From contig OZ245365.1 in the NCBI GenBank assembly GCA_965226495.1, positions 5,760,001 to 5,824,000 on the forward strand: a DNA stretch of 64,000 nt, given 5' to 3'. This stretch comes from Candidatus Marinacidobacterales bacterium. Its GTDB lineage: Bacteria > Acidobacteriota > Vicinamibacteria > Marinacidobacterales > DATDRI01. Shown piece after piece: positions 29,088 to 38,741 of the stretch (its first letter is position 1; each line of letters begins with the position of its first letter). The notes under the pieces were generated by a model. That model saw nothing but the letters and a program-made list of their open reading frames with translations. It had not been told where the DNA came from and did no database searches. The position numbers were made by a program, and so were the translations under genes.

Positions 29088-30932
29088 ATGCATCGTTTTC
29101 GATTCACCCTCTTGGCCCTCACCTTCGTCTCCTGCGCCTCGGAGAAGGCCGGGACGCTATCGCCGGATGCGAAGACTTCGACACACGAAGCACTACGCGA
29201 GGACCTCGAGAGGGTGCGTCATGAGTCGGACGGCGGGGGCCGGGCGTATCTCGCCGAAGAGCTGTCCGGACCCATCGTGGTGGGGAGCCGGCAGCGTTTC
29301 GAGATCGTCTACGAAGCCGGCCCCCACGGGATCGCGGAAGGAGGCACGCTTTTCCTTCAGCCTTCGCCGTTTTGGGGCTGGGATCTGCCGCAGAACCGAG
29401 CCAGCGATGCGCCCGGCTACACCGAGGTCGAGACCGACGCTACCGGGGTCGAGCTCGAGTCCACGGCGTCGGGCGGTGATCTTCTCGCAATAGCGATTCG
29501 CGGGCGAGCTCTCGCAGAAGGCGAGCGCGTCCGGATGGTTTACGGCGCGGGACCCGCCGGTGCTCGAGTGGATCGCTACGCGGAGTCGAGCGCCCCCATC
29601 TGGCTTGCCGTGGACGGCGACGGTGATGGAGTGCGTTCATTAATAAGGGAATTCCCGTCGGTGGATGTCTCGGCGGGACCGGCGGCGCAACTCGTGCTCA
29701 CGTTGCCGAGCACGGCGCGTCCAGGTGGTCGAGTCCGATTGACTATCGCCATCCTCGACGGACTCGGAAACGCCGGGGTCGCCTTCGAAGGGCAGGTGGA
29801 GCTGGCCGGTCCATCCACCCTTGAGTTGCCGGGGCCGCTCGCGCTCTCCGATCGGGGAGTGACTCACGTGGACTTCACGGTCGAAGAGCCGGGAGTGTAT
29901 CGCGTCATCGGTGCAGCGGGTGAAATGGTTTCCGAGAGCAATCCGTTGGTTGTGCGCGAAGGCATTCCCCGTATCTTGTGGGGAGATCTTCACGGGCACT
30001 CACAGCTTTCGGACGGCACCGGAACTCCAGACGACTACTTCTGGTATGCCCGCGACGTTGCTGCGCTCGACGTCGTCTCCCTCACCGACCACGATCATTG
30101 GGGGATGCGGTTTCTCGATCAAAACCCGGACTTGTGGGAAGCGATCCGTGAGGTGGGACGCCGTTACGACGAGCCGGGCCGTCTCATTGTGATCGAGGGC
30201 TACGAATGGACCAACTGGCTTCACGGCCATCGCCACGTGCTCTATTTCGAGGAGGGTGGGGAGATCCTGAGCTCGCTCGATCCCGCCTACGAGACGCCGG
30301 CCCAGCTATGGGAGGCCCTTTCAGGAAGTGCGGCGATTACCATCGCGCACCACTCGGCGGGCGGTCCGGTCTCAACCAATTGGGATTTCGTACCGGATCC
30401 GGAGTTGGAGCCGGTGACCGAAGTCGTGTCGGTGCACGGAAGCAGCGAAGCGTCGGACTCTCCGGGAAAGATCTACGGCGCTGTTCCGGGGAATTTCGTA
30501 CGGGACGTTCTCGACCGGGGCGTTCAGTTCGGCTTTATCGGTAGCGGCGACAGCCACGACGGTCATCCCGGGCTCGCTCATCTCGCTTCACCGAGTGGCG
30601 GCCTTGCCGCTATCTTCTCCGAGGACCTCACGCGCGAAAGTGTTCTCGAAGCGCTGCGAGCGCGACGCGTCTATGCGACGAACGGGCCCCGCATCTGGCT
30701 TCGCTTCTGGCTCGACGAAACACCTCGCTTTGCCGTCGCCGGCACCGCGCCCATCGAACGCGTGGATGTGATTCGGAGCGGTGCAGTCGTCCAAAGCCTG
30801 CCCGGTGAAGGACGGCGCGATTGGGGTGAGCCTCTGGTACTCGAGGGGCTCAGGCCGGGCGAGTACGTCTACGTGCGCGTCATTCAAGAAGACGGGGGCG
30901 TCGCCTGGTCGAGCCCGGCCTTCGTGGAGTAG
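29088..30932 (+). CDS. lipoprotein, CehA/McbA (DUF3604/PHP-like) metallohydrolase
   Basis: Lipobox FVSC; WGDLHGHSQLSDG, LTDHD, GYEWT..GHRHV, GSGDSH, YATNG, AWSSP. Confidence 0.85.
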   Translation: MHRFRFTLLALTFVSCASEKAGTLSPDAKTSTHEALREDLERVRHESDGGGRAYLAEELSGPIVVGSRQRFEIVYEAGPHGIAEGGTLFLQPSPFWGWDLPQNRASDAPGYTEVETDATGVELESTASGGDLLAIAIRGRALAEGERVRMVYGAGPAGARVDRYAESSAPIWLAVDGDGDGVRSLIREFPSVDVSAGPAAQLVLTLPSTARPGGRVRLTIAILDGLGNAGVAFEGQVELAGPSTLELPGPLALSDRGVTHVDFTVEEPGVYRVIGAAGEMVSESNPLVVREGIPRILWGDLHGHSQLSDGTGTPDDYFWYARDVAALDVVSLTDHDHWGMRFLDQNPDLWEAIREVGRRYDEPGRLIVIEGYEWTNWLHGHRHVLYFEEGGEILSSLDPAYETPAQLWEALSGSAAITIAHHSAGGPVSTNWDFVPDPELEPVTEVVSVHGSSEASDSPGKIYGAVPGNFVRDVLDRGVQFGFIGSGDSHDGHPGLAHLASPSGGLAAIFSEDLTRESVLEALRARRVYATNGPRIWLRFWLDETPRFAVAGTAPIERVDVIRSGAVVQSLPGEGRRDWGEPLVLEGLRPGEYVYVRVIQEDGGVAWSSPAFVE

Positions 30933-30969
30933 TTGGATGCGTGTGGTGGGGCTCGCCGGGGAAAAATTT

Positions 30970-31046
30970 TGGTACGCCCGGTAGGATTCGAACCTACGAC
31001 CCACTGATTCGAAGTCAGTTACTCTATCCAGCTGAGCTACGGGCGC
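30970..31046 (-). tRNA. tRNA-Arg(TCG)
   Basis: Anticodon arm ACTGA-CTTCGAA-TCAGT, GGATA D-loop, CCA. Confidence 0.93.
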
Positions 31047-31089
31047 ACCTAGGGGAAACTATATGCCGGCCCGCGCTGCCGGGCAACTA

Positions 31090-31430
31090 TCCAAGCGGGG
31101 CGGAGGCCCGCCGGCCCGGAGGAATTGAGCCAGGGGGAGTAGCTTCGAAGTGATACTGGCTCATCTGATTCCTTCGAAGGAGCCCCAAAGCGGACGATTC
31201 GACGGAGCATCAAGGCTTGGGGGTGGGGCCCCGCGCGCACTATCAAAGTTCGAGGGCCAGCGCGTGGGGGTGGGCCCCCGCGCGACCTAGTCATACGACC
31301 CGAGAGGGTCGTCGGCCGGGAGGAATTGGCTCATGAAGTGCGGACGCCAAGGGAACCCGGCCGTGCTTTTAGGCCCGAGCGAAGAGCGAGGGCCAGCGCG
31401 TGGGGGTGGGGCCCCGCGCGCACTAATAAA
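31090..31430. repeat. mosaic REP/BIME-like array (same family as 6921-7379, inverted)
   Basis: Three GGGGGTGGG(G/C)CCCC cores plus shared TTTTAGGCCCGAGC, GACGGAGCATCAAG and GGAGGAATTG modules. Confidence 0.85.
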
Positions 31431-31507
31431 TGGGGTGAGTGACGGGGCTCGAACCCGCGACCACCGGAACCACAATCCGGTGCTCTACCAACTGAGCTAC
31501 ACTCACC
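31431..31507 (-). tRNA. tRNA-His(GTG)
   Basis: G-1:C73, anticodon arm CCGGA-TTGTGGT-TCCGG, CCA. Confidence 0.96.
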
Positions 31508-31615
31508 ACAAGACCCTTCAGCTATCCCCCTCACCGGCGTCTGGCCACGTACCGGGGGGCACGTCCTTTTTTGACGCCCGCCACCTCCCCGGAGGGGAGA
31601 GGGAACAAAAGAAAT

Positions 31616-31714
31616 GACGTCATCCCCCTCACCCAATCCCTCTCCCCGAAGGGGAGAGGGGTAGTTCGAGCGACGAGGAACTGTGGTTCGTTCCCTCGTC
31701 GCTCCATTAAATAG
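31616..31714. repeat. structured ~100-bp tRNA-Arg 3' trailer, copy 2
   Basis: Gapless match to 20450-20548; a related CCCCTCACC..GGGGAGAGGG element lies at ~31525-31603. Confidence 0.85.
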
Positions 31715-31791
31715 TGGCACGCCTGAGAGGACTCGAACCTCTGACCCGCGGCTTAGAAGGCCGCTGCTCTATCCAGCTGAGCTACAGGCGC
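31715..31791 (-). tRNA. tRNA-Arg(TCT)
   Basis: Anticodon arm GCGGC-CTTCTAA-GCCGC, CCA. Confidence 0.96.
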
Positions 31792-31853
31792 AACACGTGG
31801 TCCGCGGGCTTCCTCTCCTGTTGCTTTTTGCCTGGGCGCCCGCGCGGAATACA

Positions 31854-31931
<78 letters not shown>

Positions 31932-31944
31932 CGCAAACCAGTCA

Positions 31945-32547
31945 TTATAGGGCCGGTTCGCTCGATCGGTCAAGGTACTCGCAGACGCGGGCCATGGTCT
32001 TCCCGCGGTGATCATAGAGGCGCTTTTCCTCGAGGCTGAGCTCGGCGAAGCACTTACGAATGGGCGGATAGTAGAAGATAGGGTCGTACCCAAAGCCACC
32101 AGCGCCCCGGGGGGCTTCGGCGATGAGTCCTTCGACGCTCTCTACGGTCTTGAAGAGGATCGTCTCTCGATCCGCGATGGCGGCGGTGCTCACGAAGCGA
32201 GCCCTACGCTGGGTCGCAGGGAGACCGGCGAGCGCTTCGATCAGTTTGGCATTCTTGATCTCGTAGGAGGTTTTCTCCCCCATCCAGCGCGCCGAATGGA
32301 GACCCGGCTCACCCCCCAGTGCTTCGACCTCGAGCCCGGAGTCTTCCCCGAGCGCGGCCAAGCCCGTGGCTCGGTGGTAGTACATCGCCTTGGCGACCGC
32401 GTTGTCTAGAAAGGTAGGACCTGGTTCGGCGGGTGAGGCGAGGTCGGGCCAGTCGTCCAAGCCAACGACTTCTACTCCACAAACGGCGAGTGCCGCTCCT
32501 TGTTCTCGGATCTTTCCCGGGTTTTGAGTGGCGAGAAGAAGTTTCAA
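31945..32547 (-). CDS. rdgB: non-canonical purine NTP pyrophosphatase (Ham1/RdgB)
   Basis: [27 protein letters not shown]; directly downstream of rph. Confidence 0.93.
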   Translation of the reverse strand: MKLLLATQNPGKIREQGAALAVCGVEVVGLDDWPDLASPAEPGPTFLDNAVAKAMYYHRATGLAALGEDSGLEVEALGGEPGLHSARWMGEKTSYEIKNAKLIEALAGLPATQRRARFVSTAAIADRETILFKTVESVEGLIAEAPRGAGGFGYDPIFYYPPIRKCFAELSLEEKRLYDHRGKTMARVCEYLDRSSEPAL

Positions 32548-33293
32548 CTCTCGGCGGTCGGGGGAAGGAAGCTCAATGGTCCAAGGACCTCGCTCTGGTG
32601 CTGGACGATTCCATCGATCCCCTGTTGGGCAATCTTCAAAAGCTCCGAGAGCTGGTCCTGATCAAAAGGATCGGACTCGGCGGTGCCCTGCAGCTCGACG
32701 AAACGACCGTTCCCGGTCTTGACGACGTTCATGTCGACTTCGGCGTTCGAGTCCTCCGGGTAATTGAGATCCAGTAGCAATTCTCCTTCGACCACGCCGA
32801 CACTAGTAGCGGCAACGAAGTCACGGGCCGGGAAGACCTTGAGCGGGCCCTCTTCGACGGCCTTGTTGAGAACGAGGGCCAAAGCGACGAACGCGCCGGA
32901 AATGGAAGCGGTGCGGGTTCCGCCGTCGGCTTGGATTACGTCGCAGTCGATCCAGATTGTTCTTTCCCCGAGACGCTTCAAGTCAACGACCGCTCGTAGT
33001 GAGCGCCCGATGAGACGCTGGATCTCCTGAGTGCGTCCGGAAACTCTTCCACGGCTCGATTCACGGGAGATGCGCTTGGCAGACGAACGGGGGATCATGC
33101 CGTACTCTGCCGTGATCCAACCCTTCCCCGATCCCTTGAGGAAAGGCGGTACTTTCTCTTCGAGAGTCGCCGAGCAGATGACTTTCGTTTCACCGACCTG
33201 AATGAGCGCCGATCCCTCGGCGTGGCGGAGGTAATGAGGGCTGATGGAAATAAGGCGCATCTCGTCTACGCGCCGGCCGTCTACTCGTTTCAT
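32544..33293 (-). CDS. rph: ribonuclease PH
   Basis: [47 protein letters not shown]. Confidence 0.97.
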   Translation of the reverse strand: MKRVDGRRVDEMRLISISPHYLRHAEGSALIQVGETKVICSATLEEKVPPFLKGSGKGWITAEYGMIPRSSAKRISRESSRGRVSGRTQEIQRLIGRSLRAVVDLKRLGERTIWIDCDVIQADGGTRTASISGAFVALALVLNKAVEEGPLKVFPARDFVAATSVGVVEGELLLDLNYPEDSNAEVDMNVVKTGNGRFVELQGTAESDPFDQDQLSELLKIAQQGIDGIVQHQSEVLGPLSFLPPTAES

Positions 33294-33309
33294 GTCTTTG
33301 TCTTTTACC

Positions 33310-33960
33310 TCAGGGACCAGATGGTTGCTCCTGTTCCAGCCGTCGCGGTCCTCGCCCGTAGGCAATCGTAAGATCGAGGTGGCCCGCCAAGGTGTGGACT
33401 TCGCGACCCTCCACCAAGAACTGGACGCTTTTCACGGCAGGAAAATTCACAATCAAAGTGTTGGAGAGACTGTACACGGTAAGTTCCTCGGCGACAGTGC
33501 CTCCCACGTGGTTCGCGATGAGCTCCTGCGACAAATCTACGAAGGCCAAACCTTGGGGTGTTATGAAGAGCTCCCGCAGTTCGACTCCTGTCGGAAGCGC
33601 GGATACAAGGCCCTGGTGTGAGCCCGCAAGAAGCTCACGGATGACTTGCTTTGCCTGATCTTGCACCGAGTCTGCTAAGGCGATTTCTCTGTCCTCGAGG
33701 GCGAGCGTCTTCCCTGAACGGGAAACAAGGTAGAGGGTGATTTGAATGCGTCGCTCGGTGGAGACATTCGGCTCTCCCCTACTCTCGGGGCTTCCAGGAC
33801 TGTCGGAGGAGAGAGGGATTTCCAGGCGCTCGTCGCTTAGCACCTCGGCGGCGTCGGGTTCGGTGGCGGGCTCGTCGAAGAGCCACAAAGTCAATGTGAC
33901 GATCGTCGCGATCAGAAAAACTGCGATCGATACCGCGGCGATGAGACCTTTCCTGGTCAC
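33310..33960 (-). CDS. GerMN domain membrane protein
   Basis: N-terminal TM; [37 protein letters not shown]. Confidence 0.85.
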   Translation of the reverse strand: MTRKGLIAAVSIAVFLIATIVTLTLWLFDEPATEPDAAEVLSDERLEIPLSSDSPGSPESRGEPNVSTERRIQITLYLVSRSGKTLALEDREIALADSVQDQAKQVIRELLAGSHQGLVSALPTGVELRELFITPQGLAFVDLSQELIANHVGGTVAEELTVYSLSNTLIVNFPAVKSVQFLVEGREVHTLAGHLDLTIAYGRGPRRLEQEQPSGP

Positions 33961-35643
33961 TTAAGGCCTCTGTCCGGAAGGCGAGCCGCCCACACTTAGC
34001 GTACGTTCGTAGCGCTCTTTGTATTTCACGACGCCGCGAAAGATGGCTTGCGCGAGTTGCTCCTGGTACTCGACAGAACCGAGTCGTCTTTCTTCTTCGG
34101 GGTTAGTAACGAACCCGATCTCGATCAGCGCCGATGGCATAGTGGCGCCCATGAGGACACGAAACGGTGCCTGCTTGATACCTCGGTTCTTGTCGTCATT
34201 GCGGTTAGCTTGCAACTCGTCTTGCAGCAACTCGGCCAAGGTCGCCGATTCGTTCAAGTGAGCGGCCTGCGCCATGTCCCAAAGGATGAACTCGAGATCG
34301 TCATCGCCTCGGGCGACCGTGCGCTCGGGGCCGGCATTCTCCGTGGCGGCGAGCCGGCGAGAATCTTCATCGCTCGCTTTATAAGCAAGGTAGTAGACTT
34401 CGCTACCGCGCGCCGTCTGTCGAGGTGACGCGTTGGCGTGGATGCTGAGAAATAAGTCAGATTTGTTGTTATTGGCGAGAGTGGTTCTGTCGTCCAGAGA
34501 AAGAAACAAATCAGAGTCTCTGGTCAACAAAACGCGAACCCCCAAGCGATCCTCTAACAATCGGTGTAACCGTCTCGCCACCGCCAGCGCTACATCTTTT
34601 TCCTGCAAGCCGTTTCGGCCGGTAGCGCCGGACTCCGAGCCGCCGTGGCCGGGATCGAGAGTTATCGTGGTCAAGACACCGGGCCGCCGGTCGGGCCGCG
34701 GAGTACGGTCAGGAACGGTCGGCCGCGGGGGCGGTCCTGAAGTACCGGTGTTGTTGGTTGGCAACTCCGGCCCTGGAGCCGGCGGAGAAATGATCTCAGG
34801 ATCGTTAGGAACCCGGCTCCGGAAAAGATCGAGCACAATCCGCGAAGGACTGTCCAGCTCGAACGCCTTGAGCGTCCCGAATCTCTCTCCGAGGTTCACG
34901 AGAAGCAAATAGCCATCCCCCTGTCGGGCAAGCGTCATGCTATCCACAACACCGTCCTGAAGCTCATCGCTCGAGAAGTCGGACTCCAGATAGCCGATCG
35001 GCATGGAGACACGGACTTGGTCTCCTGCTTGGGTTACCTGAAAGTCGACTTCAGAAGTAGCTTCGAGCACGATCCGCGTGTAGGCCGGGTAGGGGAAACT
35101 GCGAACACTGAGTTGTGGGAAGCCCTCCCCGAACACGAGCAGGCGGGAGTCCTCTTCGTAAGTGATCTTCTGTTGAGTAACTTCCGGGAGAACCTTCTCG
35201 AGGAAATCGAGCGGTACGAACCATCGTCCTGCCCGGGCCGTGATCGGCGCGGAGAGTAAGATGAGTTTCCCTTCAACCCGCACCAGTGAACGGCCAGAGG
35301 AAATCTTTGCCGAGCGGTTGCCTACGACGAAGGTCGCCGATGCGGCGTCGGGGTCGGTGTGGACCGAGCTCCCAACAAAACGGTTGAGGTCGTCGAGAGG
35401 GACCATCGCGATCCCGGCAAGCTCGCTAATAGGGATGGCCTGGCGACCACGGGGACCCACTACCGTTACCCGCTCCATTTGTCTCTGAGCCAACCCGTAA
35501 ACCTGGATGGGCGTGATGGACAGCACCAGGAGCGTGAGGATGGACAAAAAGAAAAGGCGGTTATTGCTGGCCTGAACGGACTTGCCTCCCCGCGGCGCGG
35601 TCGGGCCGCCCTTAGTAAAACGGGTGAAACGGAAGGGCATCAT
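33961..35643 (-). CDS. N-acetylmuramoyl-L-alanine amidase (Amidase_3, AMIN-like N-terminus)
   Basis: LDPGHGG, EKDV, LTRD, SIHANA, LIEIGFVTN. Start uncertain. Confidence 0.92.
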   Translation of the reverse strand: MMPFRFTRFTKGGPTAPRGGKSVQASNNRLFFLSILTLLVLSITPIQVYGLAQRQMERVTVVGPRGRQAIPISELAGIAMVPLDDLNRFVGSSVHTDPDAASATFVVGNRSAKISSGRSLVRVEGKLILLSAPITARAGRWFVPLDFLEKVLPEVTQQKITYEEDSRLLVFGEGFPQLSVRSFPYPAYTRIVLEATSEVDFQVTQAGDQVRVSMPIGYLESDFSSDELQDGVVDSMTLARQGDGYLLLVNLGERFGTLKAFELDSPSRIVLDLFRSRVPNDPEIISPPAPGPELPTNNTGTSGPPPRPTVPDRTPRPDRRPGVLTTITLDPGHGGSESGATGRNGLQEKDVALAVARRLHRLLEDRLGVRVLLTRDSDLFLSLDDRTTLANNNKSDLFLSIHANASPRQTARGSEVYYLAYKASDEDSRRLAATENAGPERTVARGDDDLEFILWDMAQAAHLNESATLAELLQDELQANRNDDKNRGIKQAPFRVLMGATMPSALIEIGFVTNPEEERRLGSVEYQEQLAQAIFRGVVKYKERYERTLSVGGSPSGQRP

Positions 35644-35722
35644 CGTGTAAGATCCTTTTTTACCAATAGATAGGCCTAAACGCAAGTCCGACCCGGAGCC
35701 CTCGGATAGGACGACCCTCGGT

Positions 35723-35751
35723 TTGATGGAGGCCCCACCGCGTGCTATCTT
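35723..35751 (+). promoter_or_regulatory. sigma70-like promoter of GWxTD gene 1
   Basis: TTGATG-17 nt-TATCTT with extended TG; conserved in the duplicate at 36558-36586. Confidence 0.55.
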
Positions 35752-35797
35752 GTGTTCCAGAGGAGACTTAGGAAGAACTGGAGGCTTTGTACCTGCC

Positions 35798-36499
35798 ATG
35801 AAAACACCCTTTTCCGACCGACTCGATATGGATCATCGACGCCCCTACGGGCTGGTATACGCGCTAGTGGTGGTGGGAATTCTCGCCACGAGTCTCTTCG
35901 TCCCGGCGGCGGCCGACGAGACGGACGAGCTCGACGAAAAGTACAAAACGTTCCTGAATAAGGATGCGATCTACATCATGCTACCCAAGGAGAGGGAGAA
36001 GTTCCTCGAGTTGAGGACCGACCGGGGACGAGACGTCTTCGTGGAGAATTTCTGGCAGGTTCGGGATCCGATTCCGGAGACCTTGGCCAACGAGTTTAGG
36101 GACGAGCACTACAAGAGGATGAAGGAAGCGGATCAGAAGTTTCGCGAGGCGCGTCCAGGATGGCGGACCGAGCGGGGTCAGATGTACATCTCGCTCGGGC
36201 CCCCTCACGACATTAACAGTTACCCGAACACCCAACGTCTCGTCCCTCTCGAGGTCTGGCAGTACCAAGGACTCCAAATTCGCGGAGTGCCTCCGGCTCC
36301 TCGCTTCATGTTTTTCAAGCGACACGGGGTCGGTGAGTACCGGCTCTACAGCCCCGTCTTCGATGGCATGAAGGGGCTGATCGGCGACAAGGCGATCGCG
36401 GCACAGATCGGCTTTGGCAACGACATACCGCCGCATTATAGCAAGTGGGAATGGGACCTTCTCTTGGATGAAGATCCAAGGAAACGCGACTTACTGTGA
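35798..36499 (+). CDS. GWxTD domain protein, short or possibly truncated paralog
   Basis: YIM..E..FL..FW..RDP.P.T..NEF..EHY.R..A..GWRTERGQMYI.LGPP; ends soon after the domain. Confidence 0.82.
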   Translation: MKTPFSDRLDMDHRRPYGLVYALVVVGILATSLFVPAAADETDELDEKYKTFLNKDAIYIMLPKEREKFLELRTDRGRDVFVENFWQVRDPIPETLANEFRDEHYKRMKEADQKFREARPGWRTERGQMYISLGPPHDINSYPNTQRLVPLEVWQYQGLQIRGVPPAPRFMFFKRHGVGEYRLYSPVFDGMKGLIGDKAIAAQIGFGNDIPPHYSKWEWDLLLDEDPRKRDLL

Positions 36500-36557
36500 C
36501 GCTCTATGAGTTCAGCACAATCGACTTGACAACGGTCGGACTGCGAAATCGGCTGGT

Positions 36558-36586
36558 TTGTGAGAGGCCCGACCCCGTGCTATCTT
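36558..36586 (+). promoter_or_regulatory. sigma70-like promoter of GWxTD gene 2
   Basis: TTGTGA-17 nt-TATCTT with extended TG. Confidence 0.55.
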
Positions 36587-36632
36587 GTGTTCCAGAGAAG
36601 ACTTAAGGAGAACTAGAGGCTTTGTACCTGCC

Positions 36633-38741
36633 ATGAAAACACCCATTTCGGTCCGACTAGAATCCAATCAACGACGTTGGGTCATGATGATCGGCCTGAG
36701 CCTAGTCTGCCTCTTGGCGACCCAGGTTCTCGCCCAGGACAGCGGTGCGGCGAGCCTTTCGTCGAAGCACCGCCGGTGGCTCGAGGAAGAAGTCGTTTAC
36801 ATCATCACCGATCGAGAGCGGGAAATCTTTCTTATTCTCAACACCATCGAAGAAAGGGAACGGTTTATCGAGTCCTTCTGGAGAAGGCGCGATCCCGAAA
36901 GCGCCACCCCCGAGAACGAGTTCAAGGACGAACACTACCGTCGCTTGAAGCACGCGAACACCACCTTTAACAGGCACACTAAGCGTCCGGGGTGGAAGAC
37001 CGATCAGGGACGCATGTACATCATTCTCGGTAAGCCCAACGAGATACAACGCTACGAGGGTCAGAGGGATCTTGCAGCCAGTCAGCTGTGGTTTTACGGT
37101 GGCGATCTCACCAAGGGGCTACCCAACTTCTTTGTTCTATTGTTTTTCAAGCCAATCAACGTGGGCGAGTTCCGGCTGTACAGCCCCGGGATGGACGGTC
37201 CGGCATCCCTCCTCCAGGGAAAGGAATTCGATTTCAGCAACGCGGACGCGATGCAAAGGCTTATGGAGCTGTCACCGGACCTAGCCAGGGCGTCTCTCAC
37301 CATCGACATGGGGGACAACCCGGATCTCCGAACGGGAACTCCCACCCTCGGCGCCGATATGGTCATTGGAAACATCGAGGAGTCTCCCAAGCGCCGCATA
37401 CGCACCGACTATGCCGAGGGCTGGCTCCGCTACGGCGACAAGGTTTCCGCCGAGTATTCCTTCAACTTTTTTCCAAGCCGCAGCTTCTTCGCAGTTCTGG
37501 CGGGACCGGGCGGGGTTCCCTTCGTTCACTATTCCATCGAGGTGGATCCTCAGAATCTCACTCTCGCGACACAGGACAAGACGAAGTACTACACGACTCT
37601 CGATGTCACTTTGGAGGTGACGGACTCCGAGGGGAAGATCGTGGTCGGGACCGACAAAGCGGTATACGTCGAGCTTTCGCCTGGACAGATCCAGCAATTC
37701 GATACCTCCCCGTTTGCCTTCCAGAACAATTTTCCGCTGATTCCCGGCGACTACAAGATCAGTGTGTTCCTTAAGAATCGGGTCGGCGAGCAGTTCACGG
37801 TGGCAGAGCAAGATTTGAAGGTTGTCGCGCCTCCGCCTGACAAGCCGGTCTTGAGCAATATCGTCCTAGGATACAAGAGTGAGCGCACGCTGGATGGCGC
37901 GACGGCGGGAGAGCTCCGCACGTTCCAGATCGGAACACACCGCATCCACCCCGCAGCAGGGAACGTCATCACCTTGGGAGAGGAGGCACACGTATTCCTT
38001 CAAGCCTTGGGGGTCGGGTCCGACTATGGCCTTCGACTGGAGATTCTCGATGGCACGAAAGTGCTCCAGGAGTTCTCTGGCCGGGTGGGCGATTATCTCG
38101 GCGGGCCGGTAGAGCACAGTTTCGCGTTGACCGACATGGTCGGAGGCCGCTACGTGATTCGTGCTCGTCTCCTGGACCCCTCGGGGACCGTGGTTGAGGA
38201 AACAACGGCTCCGCTCATCGTTTCCCCACGTGCGAGCCTACCCCGCCCCTGGGTTCACCGGCGCAGCTTCAATGTCGGCGCGCCGGGCCTCTTGCCACTG
38301 ACCTTGGGTGAGCAGCTCCAGGCTATCGGACGCTACGAGGAAGCGGCGCGCGCGCTGGAGGCGGCGGTAGCCGCGAACAATCCCGAGCTGGTGTCGGCCC
38401 GCTGGAGGCTGGCGGGGCTCTACCTAGGATGGCGCGAGGCCGATCGGGCGCTCGAGCTTCTTCTGCCCTTGGCCGAAACCCACCCGAATCAGTACGAGGT
38501 GGTCGTCGGCCTTGGATTCGCCTATTTCATGAAGGGAGACGCCGCGAACGCACGGGACTATCTCGAGCGAGCGAGAACGCTACGCCCTCCCGGCACCTCT
38601 TTGCTGAACGCGTTGGGCGAGTGCTACGAGCGGCTCGGCGAGCCCGCCAAGGCCAGGCAAGTCTTTCAGAGCTCTCTCGAAATGGATCCAGAACAGACAT
38701 CCATCCAGGAGCGGGTGGCTTCCTTCCCGGAGGGTAGCTAG
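36633..38741 (+). CDS. GWxTD domain protein with C-terminal TPRs
   Basis: WLEEEVVYII..FWRRRDP..NEFKDEHYRR..GWKTDQGRMYIILGKP; TPR repeats at C-terminus. Confidence 0.9.
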   Translation: MKTPISVRLESNQRRWVMMIGLSLVCLLATQVLAQDSGAASLSSKHRRWLEEEVVYIITDREREIFLILNTIEERERFIESFWRRRDPESATPENEFKDEHYRRLKHANTTFNRHTKRPGWKTDQGRMYIILGKPNEIQRYEGQRDLAASQLWFYGGDLTKGLPNFFVLLFFKPINVGEFRLYSPGMDGPASLLQGKEFDFSNADAMQRLMELSPDLARASLTIDMGDNPDLRTGTPTLGADMVIGNIEESPKRRIRTDYAEGWLRYGDKVSAEYSFNFFPSRSFFAVLAGPGGVPFVHYSIEVDPQNLTLATQDKTKYYTTLDVTLEVTDSEGKIVVGTDKAVYVELSPGQIQQFDTSPFAFQNNFPLIPGDYKISVFLKNRVGEQFTVAEQDLKVVAPPPDKPVLSNIVLGYKSERTLDGATAGELRTFQIGTHRIHPAAGNVITLGEEAHVFLQALGVGSDYGLRLEILDGTKVLQEFSGRVGDYLGGPVEHSFALTDMVGGRYVIRARLLDPSGTVVEETTAPLIVSPRASLPRPWVHRRSFNVGAPGLLPLTLGEQLQAIGRYEEAARALEAAVAANNPELVSARWRLAGLYLGWREADRALELLLPLAETHPNQYEVVVGLGFAYFMKGDAANARDYLERARTLRPPGTSLLNALGECYERLGEPAKARQVFQSSLEMDPEQTSIQERVASFPEGS

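Noticed and set aside
20626-30969. prophage or integrative element at tRNA-Arg
   Set aside because: No integrase, transposase or phage genes; the flanking repeats are complete tRNAs rather than att fragments.
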